Shown: piece after piece, positions 1-10,012 of the stretch
How positions within the stretch are numbered: position 1 is the first letter of the stretch
How the letters are laid out: each line of letters starts with the position of its first letter
Made by a program: the position numbers and the translations under genes
The notes under the pieces: model-generated
Databases searched by the model: none
The model's input: the letters and a program-made list of their open reading frames with translations, nothing else
What the model was told of the DNA's origin: nothing
Source: Hyalangium minutum
GTDB taxonomy: Bacteria; Myxococcota; Myxococcia; Myxococcales; Myxococcaceae
Direction: 5' to 3'
DNA: 64,000 bases
Assembly: GCF_000737315.1 (NCBI RefSeq)
Contig: NZ_JMCB01000001.1
Span: 868,001-932,000 of the forward strand

Positions 1-406
1 AGAAGGCCTGATCGTCCCTCACCACCAGGGAGATGACGGTGGTGCCCATGCCGGACAGGCGTGGGTCCTCCTGGGCGGCGGTGTAGATGGCCAGACAGGC
101 CCGCTCCACGGCGCCGCGAATGGCCTCGGGGATGAGGGCCTCCTGGAGGTTGGGGACGGTGATGAACGGGTTGTCCCGAGTCTCACGCGCCTTGCGCAGT
201 TCCTTGTCGATGGTCTCGACGGCGATCCGGGAGGCAGTGCCTCCGCCGGCATGGCCACCCATGCCATCCGCCACGACGTAGAGCTGCAGCTCGTCGTCGA
301 TGAGGAAGCTGTCCTCGTTGTGGTTGCGCTTCCGACCGACGTCGGTCTGACCAGCCGAGACGACCTTCAGCCGCGGTGCCGCGCTCTGTCCTGCGGTTTT
401 GGACAC
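1..406 (-). CDS. PP2C-family (Stp1/IreP-like) Ser/Thr protein phosphatase, 3' end runs off the window
   Basis: Manual translation from GTG at 406: SKTAGQSAAPRLKVVSAGQTDVGRKRNHNEDSFLIDDELQLYVVADGMGGHAGGGTAS...GMGTT; TDxGxxRxxNED, ADGMGGH and MGTT are PP2C motifs. Not in the ORF track because it is truncated. Confidence 0.92.
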   Translation of the reverse strand, partial: MSKTAGQSAAPRLKVVSAGQTDVGRKRNHNEDSFLIDDELQLYVVADGMGGHAGGGTASRIAVETIDKELRKARETRDNPFITVPNLQEALIPEAIRGAVERACLAIYTAAQEDPRLSGMGTTVISLVVRDDQAF

Positions 407-465
407 GGTAGGGATGCTATGTGACGACTTGGAGCGGGGCAAGGATGCGAATGCTCGTGGCGTCT

Positions 466-2208
466 TCAAGCGCTCTGTCGAAGGCGCCCCCGGGCCCCTC
501 CCCCAGGCGTCGGCTCACGCCGGGGCCGGGGGGGAGCCCCCAAGGCGCGGTGCGCCGAACGAACCAGGGCCTCGGCCGCCCCCAGTGCCTCCCGAGTCAC
601 CTCGACCCCGGAGAGCATTCGGGCCAGCTCATGCGTCCGCTCGGCCCCCGCCGCCAGGGGAACCACCTCGGAGACGGTGCGCTCGCCCTTGAGCCCCTTG
701 CGGATGAGCAGGTGGGCGTCCGCGTAGGCAGCCACCTGAGGCAGGTGGGTGATGCACAGGACCTGGCGGTGCCCGGAGACCTCCTTGATCATCCGTCCCA
801 CGACATCCGCGATGGCCCCGCTCACCCCCGAGTCTGCTTCGTCCAGCACGTAACACCCGCACCCGTCGCTGCCCGCCAGGGCTCGCTTGAGGGCCAGCAG
901 GAGCCGGCTCGCCTCGCCTCCCGAGGCCACCTTGGCCAGAGGCCGGGGCGGCTCGCCCGGGTTGGCGCTGAAGAAGAACTCCACCTCGTCCAGGCCCTCG
1001 GGCCGGAGGGTGGTGCCCTGCGTCACCCTCACCTCGAAGGCCGCCTTGCCCAGGGCCAGGCCCGCCAGCCCCTCCCGCACTTGGAGGGAGAACCGACCCG
1101 CACAGGCAGCGCGGGCGCGCGACAGGCCTGTAGCACTCTCTCTCGCACGGGCCTCTGCCGCCTGCTTCTCCTTGGCGAGCCCCTCGAGGATCTCCTGGCG
1201 GTTCTCCAGGGTGGACAGCTCCGCCTCCAGCTCGCCGCGCTTCTGGAGCACACCTTCGAGGGCCGCGCCGTGCTTGCGGCACAGGCGCTTGATGGCGTCC
1301 AAGCGCTCCTCCACCTCGCCCAGCCGGGAGGGATCCGACTCCAACCCCTCGGCGTAGCGGCTCAGCTTGCGCTGGGCCTCCTCCAGCTCCGCCATGGCAG
1401 TGCCCATGGACTGAACCAGGGGCCCGAGTGTCGCGTCACACCGCAGTGCGTCGTTCAAGAGCCCCAGCGCCCGCCCCACCGTCTCCAGGGCCGAGCTCTC
1501 GTCACCCGAGACGAGCAGCTCGGCCTCGGCGGCCTGGCGCTTGAGCTTTTCCGCTCCGGCCAGCCGGCGCCGCTCCACGTCCAGCTTGGCGTCCTCGCCC
1601 GGAGCGGGATCCAGGCGGTTGATCTCATCCAGTTGGAAGCGCAGGAACTCGGCGCGCTCGCGCACGCGGGCCTCGTCGCCGCCCAGCGACTCCATCTTCG
1701 CCTCCAGCTCGCGCACGGCGGCGAAGTGCTGGCCATAGGCCTCGAGCGCCTCGGAGAGGTTCCCGTACCGATCCAGCAGCGTGCGGTGCAGGCTGGAGTC
1801 GAACAGGCTCACGTGCTCGTGCTGGCCGGCAATGTCCACCAGCCCCCGGGTGAGCCGGCCGAGAATCCCCACCGTCACCAGCGAGCCGTTCACATAGGCC
1901 TTGGCGCGGCCGTTGCGCCCCACCACGCGGCGCACCAGCACTTCCTCGCCCAGGTCCGGCAACCCCAGCTCTTCCAGACGCTCGGCCACCACCGGAGTGC
2001 GCGCGAAGATGCCCTCCACGGAGGCCTCGTCGCGGCCCGCGCGGATGACGTCCGCGTCCGCCCGGCCGCCCAGCAGCAGCCCCAGTGCATCCACGAGGAT
2101 GGACTTGCCCGCTCCCGTCTCACCGGTGAGCACGGTCAATCCGGCCCCGAACCCAACCTCCACCTCTTCAATCACCGCCACGTTCGAAATCCGAAGTCCC
2201 AGCAGCAC
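466..2208 (-). CDS. recN: DNA repair protein RecN
   Basis: Walker A LTGETGAGKS, long coiled coil, signature ASGGE, LDEADSG, CITHLPQVAA. Confidence 0.97.
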   Translation of the reverse strand: MLLGLRISNVAVIEEVEVGFGAGLTVLTGETGAGKSILVDALGLLLGGRADADVIRAGRDEASVEGIFARTPVVAERLEELGLPDLGEEVLVRRVVGRNGRAKAYVNGSLVTVGILGRLTRGLVDIAGQHEHVSLFDSSLHRTLLDRYGNLSEALEAYGQHFAAVRELEAKMESLGGDEARVRERAEFLRFQLDEINRLDPAPGEDAKLDVERRRLAGAEKLKRQAAEAELLVSGDESSALETVGRALGLLNDALRCDATLGPLVQSMGTAMAELEEAQRKLSRYAEGLESDPSRLGEVEERLDAIKRLCRKHGAALEGVLQKRGELEAELSTLENRQEILEGLAKEKQAAEARARESATGLSRARAACAGRFSLQVREGLAGLALGKAAFEVRVTQGTTLRPEGLDEVEFFFSANPGEPPRPLAKVASGGEASRLLLALKRALAGSDGCGCYVLDEADSGVSGAIADVVGRMIKEVSGHRQVLCITHLPQVAAYADAHLLIRKGLKGERTVSEVVPLAAGAERTHELARMLSGVEVTREALGAAEALVRSAHRALGAPPRPRREPTPGGGARGRLRQSA

Positions 2209-2240
2209 ACGCCCTCCGATATCTGCTTTGGCGCCCAGGC

Positions 2241-2285
2241 ACTGAACACCCTAGCAGGTAACGAAGGCACTGCACAGACGTTCCG
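2241..2285 (-). promoter_or_regulatory. Two imperfect Myxococcus-type LexA boxes upstream of recN
   Basis: Minus strand CTGCTAGGGTGTTCAGT (2241-2257) and CGGAACGTCTGTGCAGT (2269-2285) each match 14/17 positions of the published M. xanthus consensus CTRHAMRYBYGTTCAGS. Confidence 0.5.
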
Positions 2286-2333
2286 TACAGTCGCCTGCAC
2301 GGTTGCGGAGGTGGGAGAGAAGACGACGGGCCG

Positions 2334-5300
2334 TCACTCTCCGGTGAACAGATCCTGAATGTCCTGTTCCGTCAGGGACTTACCAAAGTCTCCATCCCCG
2401 CCGAGCACCCCAGCGGCCAGGTCCTTCTTCCGCTTCTGGAGTGAGAGGATCTTCTCCTCCACCGTGCCCCGGGTAATGAGCTTGTAGCTGATGACGGCCC
2501 GGGTCTGGCCAATGCGGTGGGTGCGGTCCGTGGCCTGGTCCTCCACCGCCGGGTTCCACCAGGGATCGTAGTGGATGACGTAGTCAGCGGCCGTGAGGTT
2601 GAGTCCAGTGCCGCCCGCCTTGAGGCTGATGAAGAACAGCGGCGGGCCGTCCGGGCGGTTGAAGTCGTCCACCTTGGCCATGCGGTCCTTGGTGCGGCCG
2701 TCCAGATAGAGGTACTGCAGGCCCCGCTTGTCGGCCTCGCTCTTGAGCAGCTCCAGCATCTCCGTGAACTGGCTGAAGACGAGCGCGCGGTGGCCCTCGG
2801 CCACGAGGTCGTCCACGAGCTGGCCGAAGCGCTCCAGCTTGGCGCTGGAGGGCAACAGCGTGTTGGGCGGCAGCTTGAGCAGGCGCGGATCACAGCACAC
2901 CTGCCGCAGCCGCATCAGCGCGGCGAGGATGGACACGCGGCTGCGCTTGAAGCCCACCTTCTCGATGCTCTCGCTCACCTTGCGGCGGCTCTCCTCGAGC
3001 ACCTCGCGGTAGAGCGCGGCCTGGCCCGGCTCCATCTCGCACCACGCGACGCTCTCCGTCTTCGGAGGCAGATCGCTGGCCACCTCTGTCTTCAGGCGGC
3101 GCAAGATGAAGGGCTGGATGCGGCGGCGCAGGCGGTCCCTCACGCCGATGTCATTGGCCACCTGGATCGGCTGCTCGTAGCGGTCGCTGAAGCCCTCCGC
3201 GCTGCCGAGGAAGCCCGGCATCAGGAAGTCGAAGAGGCTCCACAGCTCGCTCAGGCGGTTCTCCAGCGGCGTGCCCGTGAGCGCCAAGCGGGTCTCGCTG
3301 GGCAGCGACTTGCAGGCCTGCGCCGTGGCGCTGTCCGCGTTCTTGATGTTCTGCGCCTCGTCGAGGATGACGTAACGGAAGCCGACCTCGGAGAGCTGTT
3401 CCAGGTCCCGGCGAACCAGCGCATAGGAGGTGAGCACGAGGTCCACGTCCTTGAGGTCCTCGGTGCGCTCCTTGCGGTCCTGGCCGTGCCACACCATCGT
3501 CTTCAGCTTCGGGGTGAAGCGCTCGGCCTCGCGCTCCCAGTTGGCGAGCACGCTGGTGGGAGCCACCACGAGCGACGGCTTGCGGCCCTCCTCGTTGTTC
3601 ACCTTCTGCAGCAGGCTCAGGGACTGGATCGTCTTCCCGAGACCCATGTCGTCCGCGAGGATGCCGGACAGGCCGTGCCTGTGCAGGAACCAGAGCCACG
3701 CGAGCCCCGCCTCCTGATAGTGGCGCAGCGTGGCCTGGAGCCCCTCGGGGACGGCGACCTTGGGCACGCCGTTGGTGTCGCGCAGCTCCAGCATGGCCTG
3801 GCGCGCCTTGGCCTCCACCTCGGTGAACTCGCCCAGGTCCGCGAGCAAGTCGAGCGCCACGGCCTGGTGCAGCGGCAGCCGCGTGCGCGTGCGGCCCGGC
3901 ATGGCGCCCACTTCCTCGAGGATGTCCGCCACGCGCTTGAGCTCGGCGGGATCCGCCTCCGCGAAGGTGCCGTCCTTGAGCGGCACGAAGCGCCGGCCGG
4001 ACTCCAGCCACATGCGCACGGCGCCCAGGTCCACCGCCTGATCATCGGTGACGAACTCGGCGTCGAGATCGAACCAGTTCACCCCGCTCATGCCCACGCG
4101 GATGCGCGGCTTGAGCTTGGGCCGCAGGCGCACCTTGGGGGCCTGCACGCCGAAGCGCTCCCAGCTCTCCGGCAGCGAGCCGAGCCCGCGCGCCCAGAAC
4201 TCCAGCGCCACGTCCCCGCTGGCCTCGTAGCCATGGCTCTGCCCGTCGTAGCGCAGGCCCATCTCCGTGAGCAGCTTGCCGGCGGCGCGCTCCAGCTCCT
4301 CGCGGCGGCGGTAGAGCTTGCGGCTCTCGTTGCCCACACCGCTGGCGTAGCCCAGGTGCGTCGCCGAGGGCGACACCGGCACCGTCGTCTGTCCGTAGCG
4401 CGCGGCGAGCAGCACCTTCACGCGGTCCGCGTTGCCCTCCAGCGTGAGGACGAAGTGCGGCTCCACGGACTCGTCCACGTCCAGGTTGTCCGCCTTGAGC
4501 ACCATGCGGAAGCGCGGCAGGTGCGCGGCGAAGAACGTCAGCACCCGGTCCAGCTGCGCCGCCGGGAAGGACATGGTGGGCTCCAGCAGCCACTTGCGCA
4601 GCAGCCGGGGCGGGAAGTCCGGCTCCACCGGGTACAGGTTCTGCGCCTGGATGGCCCAGGTGCGGCGCCCCGCGAGCAGGATGACGTCCTTGAGCGGCAC
4701 GCCCACCCCATCCGGGAAGAGCAGCTCGATGCGAGCGGTGGCTCCGTCCGGGCGGGACTCCAGGTGGATCTGCGGGCGCACGGGCACGTCCGAGAAGATC
4801 AGCTGCGTGCCCCGGTAGATGATGCGGCGCTGGCGCAGCAGATCCAGCAGCTCCGAGAGATCCTCATCGGAGACCACGATGCGCGAGTCGTACCGGTGCT
4901 CGTGCCGGGCGAGCACGAGGAACACGCGCTCGTCCGAGGGGGCGATGCGCGTGCCTGCCTGGAGCAAGCGCTTCACGTGCACGGGGCCCTTCATCTGGGC
5001 GTCCTGGCGGCGCACATCCAGCACCCAGTGCCGGCCACCCGGGCCCGTGTTGGCGGGCGTCAACCGGTAGAGGAACTCGTAGTCCGGCTGCGAGGAAAGC
5101 CCCAGCCAGCTCTCCACCTTCGCCAGCGCCGGCAGGTTCACCGCATCAACGCCGGGCGGGAGCTCCGGGACGGGGACCTCCTCCTCGTCGGCCACACTGT
5201 CCGCCTCGGCTTCTTCCTCCGGGCGCGGAGCAGCGACGGCGGGAGGAGCGGCGGGCGCGGGCGCGGCCTTCTGCGCGGCGGCCTTGTCCGGAGGCGGGGG

Positions 5301-5633
5301 CGGGCGGAAGCGAGCGGCGTAGATGAGCGCCGCGGCTACCACGTGCTTGCAGTGGGGCCCATAGGTATTCCAGGACGGGCAGGAGCACTTGGAGGTGACC
5401 TTGCCGTCCTTGGGCTCCAGCGCCACCTCGTAGCGCTCGCCGGAGGAGCCAGCCACTTGGGCGAAGATGCGGTCGCCCTGGCGCTGAAGTCCAAAGACGC
5501 GGCGCGTCTCGGCGCACTCACGGCCCTTCTTGAAGGTTGTGGGCTGTACCTCGGCCCTCAGGGCGCGCAGCCACTGGCCGTCCTGCGGTGGAAGAGTCTC
5601 TCGGGTGTCGACGGTCGATTGCACAGGTCGCAA
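2334..5633 (-). CDS. SWIM zinc finger + SNF2-family helicase/ATPase
   Basis: N-terminal CSCP...CKH SWIM motif; LADDMGLGKT, ILDEAQNIKN, LTGTPLENR, QATDRTHRIGQ. Start codon uncertain. Confidence 0.95.
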   Translation of the reverse strand: MRPVQSTVDTRETLPPQDGQWLRALRAEVQPTTFKKGRECAETRRVFGLQRQGDRIFAQVAGSSGERYEVALEPKDGKVTSKCSCPSWNTYGPHCKHVVAAALIYAARFRPPPPPDKAAAQKAAPAPAAPPAVAAPRPEEEAEADSVADEEEVPVPELPPGVDAVNLPALAKVESWLGLSSQPDYEFLYRLTPANTGPGGRHWVLDVRRQDAQMKGPVHVKRLLQAGTRIAPSDERVFLVLARHEHRYDSRIVVSDEDLSELLDLLRQRRIIYRGTQLIFSDVPVRPQIHLESRPDGATARIELLFPDGVGVPLKDVILLAGRRTWAIQAQNLYPVEPDFPPRLLRKWLLEPTMSFPAAQLDRVLTFFAAHLPRFRMVLKADNLDVDESVEPHFVLTLEGNADRVKVLLAARYGQTTVPVSPSATHLGYASGVGNESRKLYRRREELERAAGKLLTEMGLRYDGQSHGYEASGDVALEFWARGLGSLPESWERFGVQAPKVRLRPKLKPRIRVGMSGVNWFDLDAEFVTDDQAVDLGAVRMWLESGRRFVPLKDGTFAEADPAELKRVADILEEVGAMPGRTRTRLPLHQAVALDLLADLGEFTEVEAKARQAMLELRDTNGVPKVAVPEGLQATLRHYQEAGLAWLWFLHRHGLSGILADDMGLGKTIQSLSLLQKVNNEEGRKPSLVVAPTSVLANWEREAERFTPKLKTMVWHGQDRKERTEDLKDVDLVLTSYALVRRDLEQLSEVGFRYVILDEAQNIKNADSATAQACKSLPSETRLALTGTPLENRLSELWSLFDFLMPGFLGSAEGFSDRYEQPIQVANDIGVRDRLRRRIQPFILRRLKTEVASDLPPKTESVAWCEMEPGQAALYREVLEESRRKVSESIEKVGFKRSRVSILAALMRLRQVCCDPRLLKLPPNTLLPSSAKLERFGQLVDDLVAEGHRALVFSQFTEMLELLKSEADKRGLQYLYLDGRTKDRMAKVDDFNRPDGPPLFFISLKAGGTGLNLTAADYVIHYDPWWNPAVEDQATDRTHRIGQTRAVISYKLITRGTVEEKILSLQKRKKDLAAGVLGGDGDFGKSLTEQDIQDLFTGE

Positions 5634-5768
5634 AGGCCCCAGATCGGGGGAATCCCCCCGTGTACCACAGAGATGGCTGGCTGCGTTGAAGGGAATCAGC
5701 CAAGCCGTTCAACGCGCGGCAGACCGAGCCCCTGAAGGCGCTCGGCTGTGAGAGGATCAACGCCCGCC

Positions 5769-6755
5769 ATGGCGCCTCCCCTCCCCCCTCGTGTCCTCGT
5801 CACCCGCCAGCTCCCTGGAGAGGCCCTCGACCGGCTAAGCAGGCACGTGGACCTGCGAGTCTGGGAGGACGAGCTGCCCCCGCCTCGGGAGACGCTCCTG
5901 GAGCTGGTCCGAGGCATGGACGGGCTCATCACCCTGCTCACCGACCGGGTGGACGAGCCGCTGCTCGCCGCCGCCCCCTCCCTGCGAGTCGTGAGCAACG
6001 TGGCGGTGGGCTACGACAACATCGATGTAGCGGCATGTACGGCGCGCCGCATCCCGGTGGGCAATACTCCGGGCGTCCTGACGGAGACGACGGCGGACTT
6101 CGCCTTCGCCATGCTCATGGGCCTGGCGCGGCGGGTGGCGGAGGCAGATGCGTACGTACGCGCGGGCCGGTGGCGCACCTGGTCCCCGACCCTGCTGCTG
6201 GGGGCGGACATCCACGGGGCCACGCTCGGGCTCGTGGGGCTGGGGAAGATTGGCGCCGCAATGGCCCGGCGGGCCCGAGGCTTCGGGATGCGCGTGCTGT
6301 ACGTCAACCGGCAGGCTCGCCCGGAGCTGGAGGCCGAGCTGGGGCTGCGGCGCGTGGACAAGGCCACGCTGCTCGCCGAGTCGGACTTCCTCAGCCTGCA
6401 CGTGCCGCTCACGCCGGAGACCCGCCACTGGGTGGGCCGCTCCGAGCTGGCCGCGATGAAGCCCGGCGCCCTGCTCATCAACACCGCCCGAGGCCCGGTG
6501 GTGGATCAGGCCGCGCTTGCCGAGGCGCTCGTCCAGGGACGGCTGGGAGGCGCGGCGTTGGATGTCACGGATCCCGAGCCGCTGCCCCTGGACAGCCCCT
6601 TGCTCACCGCCCCCAACGTGCTGCTCGCGCCCCACATCGCCAGCGCGAGCCATGCCACCCGCGGCCGCATGGCCTCCATGGCCGCGGATAACCTCCTCGC
6701 CGCGCTGGAGGGGCGCCGCCCTCCCCACTGCGTCAACCCGGAGCTGTTCTCATGA
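5769..6755 (+). CDS. D-2-hydroxyacid dehydrogenase (glyoxylate reductase/D-glycerate dehydrogenase)
   Basis: [41 protein letters not shown]; ATG at 5769 preferred over the upstream GTG. Confidence 0.93.
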   Translation: MAPPLPPRVLVTRQLPGEALDRLSRHVDLRVWEDELPPPRETLLELVRGMDGLITLLTDRVDEPLLAAAPSLRVVSNVAVGYDNIDVAACTARRIPVGNTPGVLTETTADFAFAMLMGLARRVAEADAYVRAGRWRTWSPTLLLGADIHGATLGLVGLGKIGAAMARRARGFGMRVLYVNRQARPELEAELGLRRVDKATLLAESDFLSLHVPLTPETRHWVGRSELAAMKPGALLINTARGPVVDQAALAEALVQGRLGGAALDVTDPEPLPLDSPLLTAPNVLLAPHIASASHATRGRMASMAADNLLAALEGRRPPHCVNPELFS

Positions 6756-7291
6756 CCGCCGCTGATCTCTCCCTCGCCGATGAAGTGAAGGCCCGCCTGC
6801 GCGACGTTCAGGACTTCCCTCGCCCCGGCATCGTCTTCAAGGACATCACCCCGCTGCTGGCGGACCCAGTCCTCTTCGGCCGCGTCATCAACGCCATGGC
6901 GGCGCCCTTCCGGGGCCAGCACATCACCAAGGTCATCGGCGTGGAGGCGCGCGGCTTCATCTTGGGAGCGCCCGTGGCGCTGGCGCTCAATGCGGGCTTC
7001 GTCCCGGCGCGCAAGCCCGGCAAGCTGCCCCACCGCACCGTCGTCGAGCGCTACTCCCTGGAGTACGGCTCGGATGGGCTGGAGCTGCACCAGGACGCCA
7101 TCCTCAAGGGCGAGCGGGCCATCATCGTGGACGACGTGCTGGCCACCGGTGGCACCGCCGAGGCCACCGCCAAGCTCACCTCGCAGCTGGGCGGCGAGCT
7201 GGTGGGCTTCAGCTTCCTCATGGTGCTCGGCTTCCTGGATGGCGCGAAGCGCTTGGGCGCCGACCGCGTGCGCAGCGTCATCACCCTGTAG
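6752..7291 (+). CDS. apt: Adenine phosphoribosyltransferase
   Basis: [42 protein letters not shown]; overlaps the upstream stop (ATGA). Confidence 0.96.
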   Translation: MTAADLSLADEVKARLRDVQDFPRPGIVFKDITPLLADPVLFGRVINAMAAPFRGQHITKVIGVEARGFILGAPVALALNAGFVPARKPGKLPHRTVVERYSLEYGSDGLELHQDAILKGERAIIVDDVLATGGTAEATAKLTSQLGGELVGFSFLMVLGFLDGAKRLGADRVRSVITL

Positions 7292-7319
7292 GCCCGGCTG
7301 GAGTGGCGTCCTCGGCACG

Positions 7320-7365
7320 TTGACACCGCCACCCTGGCTGTTTATAAATTGGTCGACTAACCAAT
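7320..7365 (+). promoter_or_regulatory. Sigma70 promoter with overlapping TetR-type operator
   Basis: TTGACA (7320-7325), 17 nt, TATAAA (7343-7348); inverted repeat ATTGGT-N6-ACCAAT (7348-7365) directly before the TetR gene. Confidence 0.8.
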
Positions 7366-7380
7366 AAATCCGAGGATACC

Positions 7381-7989
7381 GTGGGCCGTCCATCCAACAC
7401 CGAGGAGCGCCGCCAGCAGATTGTCGCGGGTCTGCTGCGGGTCATGGCAGAGCGCGGCTACGAGGGCGCCTCGGTGGCGGCGATCGCCAAGGCGGCGGGG
7501 CTGGCTCCGGGGCTGGTGCACTACCACTTCAAGGACAAGCAGGAGATCCTCCTGACGCTGGCGGAGCAGCTCGCGGCGCGCGTGCACGAGCGCGTGGCCT
7601 CACGGCTGGCGCGGGTGAAGGGAGGGGACGCACGGGCCAAAGTGGACGCGTTCCTGGATGCGTTCCTGGCGACGGGGGCGGACGCGGATCCACACGCGGT
7701 GGCGAGCTGGGTCACCATCAGCGCCGAGGCCATCCGGCAGCCCGAGGTGCGCGCCATCTACGAGAAGGTGGTGCGGACGGACATCGCGCAATTGGAGGAG
7801 CTGGTGGCCGCAGTGACGGGGAAGCGGCGGGCTCCGGCGGTGGCGGCCGGGCTCTTCGCGGCCATCCAGGGCTACTTCGTGTTGGCCGCGTCCGTGCCGG
7901 GGCTGGTGCCCCCGGGCTCCGCCGCGAGCACCGTGAAGCGCATGGCCGCGGGGTTGCTCGACACGGCACAGGGCTCGGAGGAGTCATGA
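7381..7989 (+). CDS. TetR/AcrR (BetI-like) transcriptional regulator
   Basis: HTH: RRQQIVAGLLRVMAERGYEGASVAAIAKAAGLAPGLVHYHFKDKQEIL. Confidence 0.95.
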   Translation: MGRPSNTEERRQQIVAGLLRVMAERGYEGASVAAIAKAAGLAPGLVHYHFKDKQEILLTLAEQLAARVHERVASRLARVKGGDARAKVDAFLDAFLATGADADPHAVASWVTISAEAIRQPEVRAIYEKVVRTDIAQLEELVAAVTGKRRAPAVAAGLFAAIQGYFVLAASVPGLVPPGSAASTVKRMAAGLLDTAQGSEES

Positions 7990-9185
7990 AGACCGCGACG
8001 AAGATCGGCCTGCTGTCGAGCCTGTATCTGTCGCAGGGGCTGCCCTACGGCTTCTTCACCCAGGCGCTGCCAGCGCTGCTGCGCAAGCAGGGCATGTCCC
8101 TGCCCAACATCGGCCTGACGTACCTGCTCCTGCTGCCCTGGGCGCTGAAGTTCGTCTGGGCGCCGCTGATGGATCGGCACGGCTCGGAGCGGCTCGGTCG
8201 GCGGCGTGGGTACATCCTCCCGCTCCAGCTGCTCTCCGCGGGAGTGCTCCTGCTGCTCGCGCTTCCTTCGGGGGCGCCGAGCACCCAGCTCCTGCTGGGC
8301 GTGGTGCTGGTGGTGAACCTGCTGGCGGCGACTCAGGACGTGGCCACGGACGGGCTCGCGGTGAACCTGCTCGCGGCGCGGGAGCTGGGGCTGGGGAACG
8401 GCGTGCAGGTGGCGGCGTACCGGGTGGGGATGATCCTGGGCGGCGGGTTGATTCTGGCGGTGTTCGACGCGGCGGGCTGGCGCCCCACCCTGCTGAGCCT
8501 CGGAGCCATGCTGCTCGTGGCCACCGTGCCCATCGCGCTCTACCGGGAGCCTCCGTCCGCGCCGCCAGCTCGCGAGAGCATGGATCTGGCCTGGTGGTTC
8601 AAGCGCCCTGGCACGGCGGGGTGGCTGATGCTGCTCGTCCTCTACAAGGCGGGCGAGGCGCTCGCGACGGGCATGCTGCGCACCTTCCTTGTGGACGCGG
8701 GGCTGAGTCTCACGGACCTGAGCTGGATGCTCGGAGGTGTCGGCTTTACGGCAGGGCTCCTCGGCGCGCTGGCGGGAGGCGCTCTGGTGAACCGGCTCGG
8801 GTACCGGCGGGCGTTGATCCTCTTTGGCCTCGTTCAGATGGGGGCCGTGCTGCTCTACGCGTTCGCGGCGCGTGGGGCCTCGATGGCGCTCCTCACGCTC
8901 GTGTGCGGAGTCGAGCACCTGGCCAGCGGCATGGCCACTGCCTCCCTGTTCACCGTGATGATGCACGAGTGCCGCCCCGAGCATGCCGGTACCGACTACA
9001 CCGTGCAGGCCTCACTGGTCGTCATCGCTACCGGTGGAGCCGCGGCCGTGAGCGGCTTCTCGGCACAGGCGCTGGGCTACTCGGGACACTTCCTGCTATC
9101 CGCCGCACTGTGCGCACTGGGGACAGCGTACGTGCTGCTCACCTTCCATCCGCCGCAGCATCTTCAAACGGCTGAGCCGCATTGA
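7986..9185 (+). CDS. MFS transporter, AmpG/RhtX-FptX-like
   Basis: LYLSQGLPYG, PWALKFVWAPLMD, AATQDVATDG motifs; about 12 hydrophobic segments. Confidence 0.9.
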   Translation: MKTATKIGLLSSLYLSQGLPYGFFTQALPALLRKQGMSLPNIGLTYLLLLPWALKFVWAPLMDRHGSERLGRRRGYILPLQLLSAGVLLLLALPSGAPSTQLLLGVVLVVNLLAATQDVATDGLAVNLLAARELGLGNGVQVAAYRVGMILGGGLILAVFDAAGWRPTLLSLGAMLLVATVPIALYREPPSAPPARESMDLAWWFKRPGTAGWLMLLVLYKAGEALATGMLRTFLVDAGLSLTDLSWMLGGVGFTAGLLGALAGGALVNRLGYRRALILFGLVQMGAVLLYAFAARGASMALLTLVCGVEHLASGMATASLFTVMMHECRPEHAGTDYTVQASLVVIATGGAAAVSGFSAQALGYSGHFLLSAALCALGTAYVLLTFHPPQHLQTAEPH

Positions 9186-9244
9186 ATGTCCGCCCCTGCC
9201 GCGGCCAAGCTGCGTCTGCGCTTCATCGAGTCCCGGAGTCCGCC

Positions 9245-9991
9245 ATGAGCCTCACGTTCATCCCCCTGGGCGTTGGAGATGCCTTCTCCGCGCTGCGCTA
9301 CTCCTCCTGCCTCGCCGTGGAGGCCGAGGGCCAGGTGCTGCTCATCGACTGTCCCCACCCCATCCGCAAGATGATGCGCGAGGCTTCCGAGTCCTCGGGC
9401 GTCCCCATCGACGTGGACCGTGTGGCCGGCGTGGCCCTCACGCACCTGCACGCGGACCACAGCTCCGGACTGGAGGGCCTGGGCTACTTCTCCTTCTTCC
9501 TGCTGCACCGGAAGATGCCCCTGCTCACGCACGCCTCCGTAGCGAAGCGGCTGTGGGAAGGCCACCTCGCGGCCGGCATGGAGTGCCTCATCGAGAAGCA
9601 GGGCGAGGCGCCCAACCCCAAGCACTTCGAGGACTACTTCACCCACACGCCGCTCACCACCGAGGCCCCCGTCCAGTTCGGCCCCTTCTCCATCGAGTGC
9701 CGCTTCACCTACCACCACCTGCCGACCACCGCCCTGCGCATCAAGGCCGGGGGCCGGAGCCTGGGCTACAGCGCGGACACCTCTTTCGACGAGGGGCTCA
9801 TCTCCTGGCTGGCCGAGGCGGACCTCGTCATCCACGAGACGAACTACGGGGTCCACACCCCGTACGCGAAGCTCGCCGAGCTCCCCAGCGAGCTTCGCGC
9901 CAAGATGAAGCTCATCCACTACCCGGACAACTTCGACCTCCAGGCGAGCAACATCGAGCCGCTCGCCCAGGGCCGCCGCTACACGGTGTGA
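9245..9991 (+). CDS. MBL-fold metallo-hydrolase (RNase Z-like)
   Basis: LLIDCP, THLHADH, YSADT, IHE, LIHY motifs; ATG at 9245. Confidence 0.9.
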   Translation: MSLTFIPLGVGDAFSALRYSSCLAVEAEGQVLLIDCPHPIRKMMREASESSGVPIDVDRVAGVALTHLHADHSSGLEGLGYFSFFLLHRKMPLLTHASVAKRLWEGHLAAGMECLIEKQGEAPNPKHFEDYFTHTPLTTEAPVQFGPFSIECRFTYHHLPTTALRIKAGGRSLGYSADTSFDEGLISWLAEADLVIHETNYGVHTPYAKLAELPSELRAKMKLIHYPDNFDLQASNIEPLAQGRRYTV

Positions 9992-10012
9992 GCCGCTCCG
10001 AACATCACTGCG

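Noticed and set aside
2334-5633. SNF2 helicase as part of a defence system
   Set aside because: SWIM-SNF2 proteins are common stand-alone bacterial genes, and there is no adjacent methylase, nuclease or other defence gene.
5645-5660. GGGGG-AAT-CCCCC hairpin in the divergent spacer
   Set aside because: Short homopolymer stem with no U tract; expected by chance at this GC content.
421-5735. Long + strand ORFs 421-2358 and 2517-5735
   Set aside because: Antisense shadows of recN and the SNF2 helicase; stop-poor because of high GC3, with no recognisable motifs.
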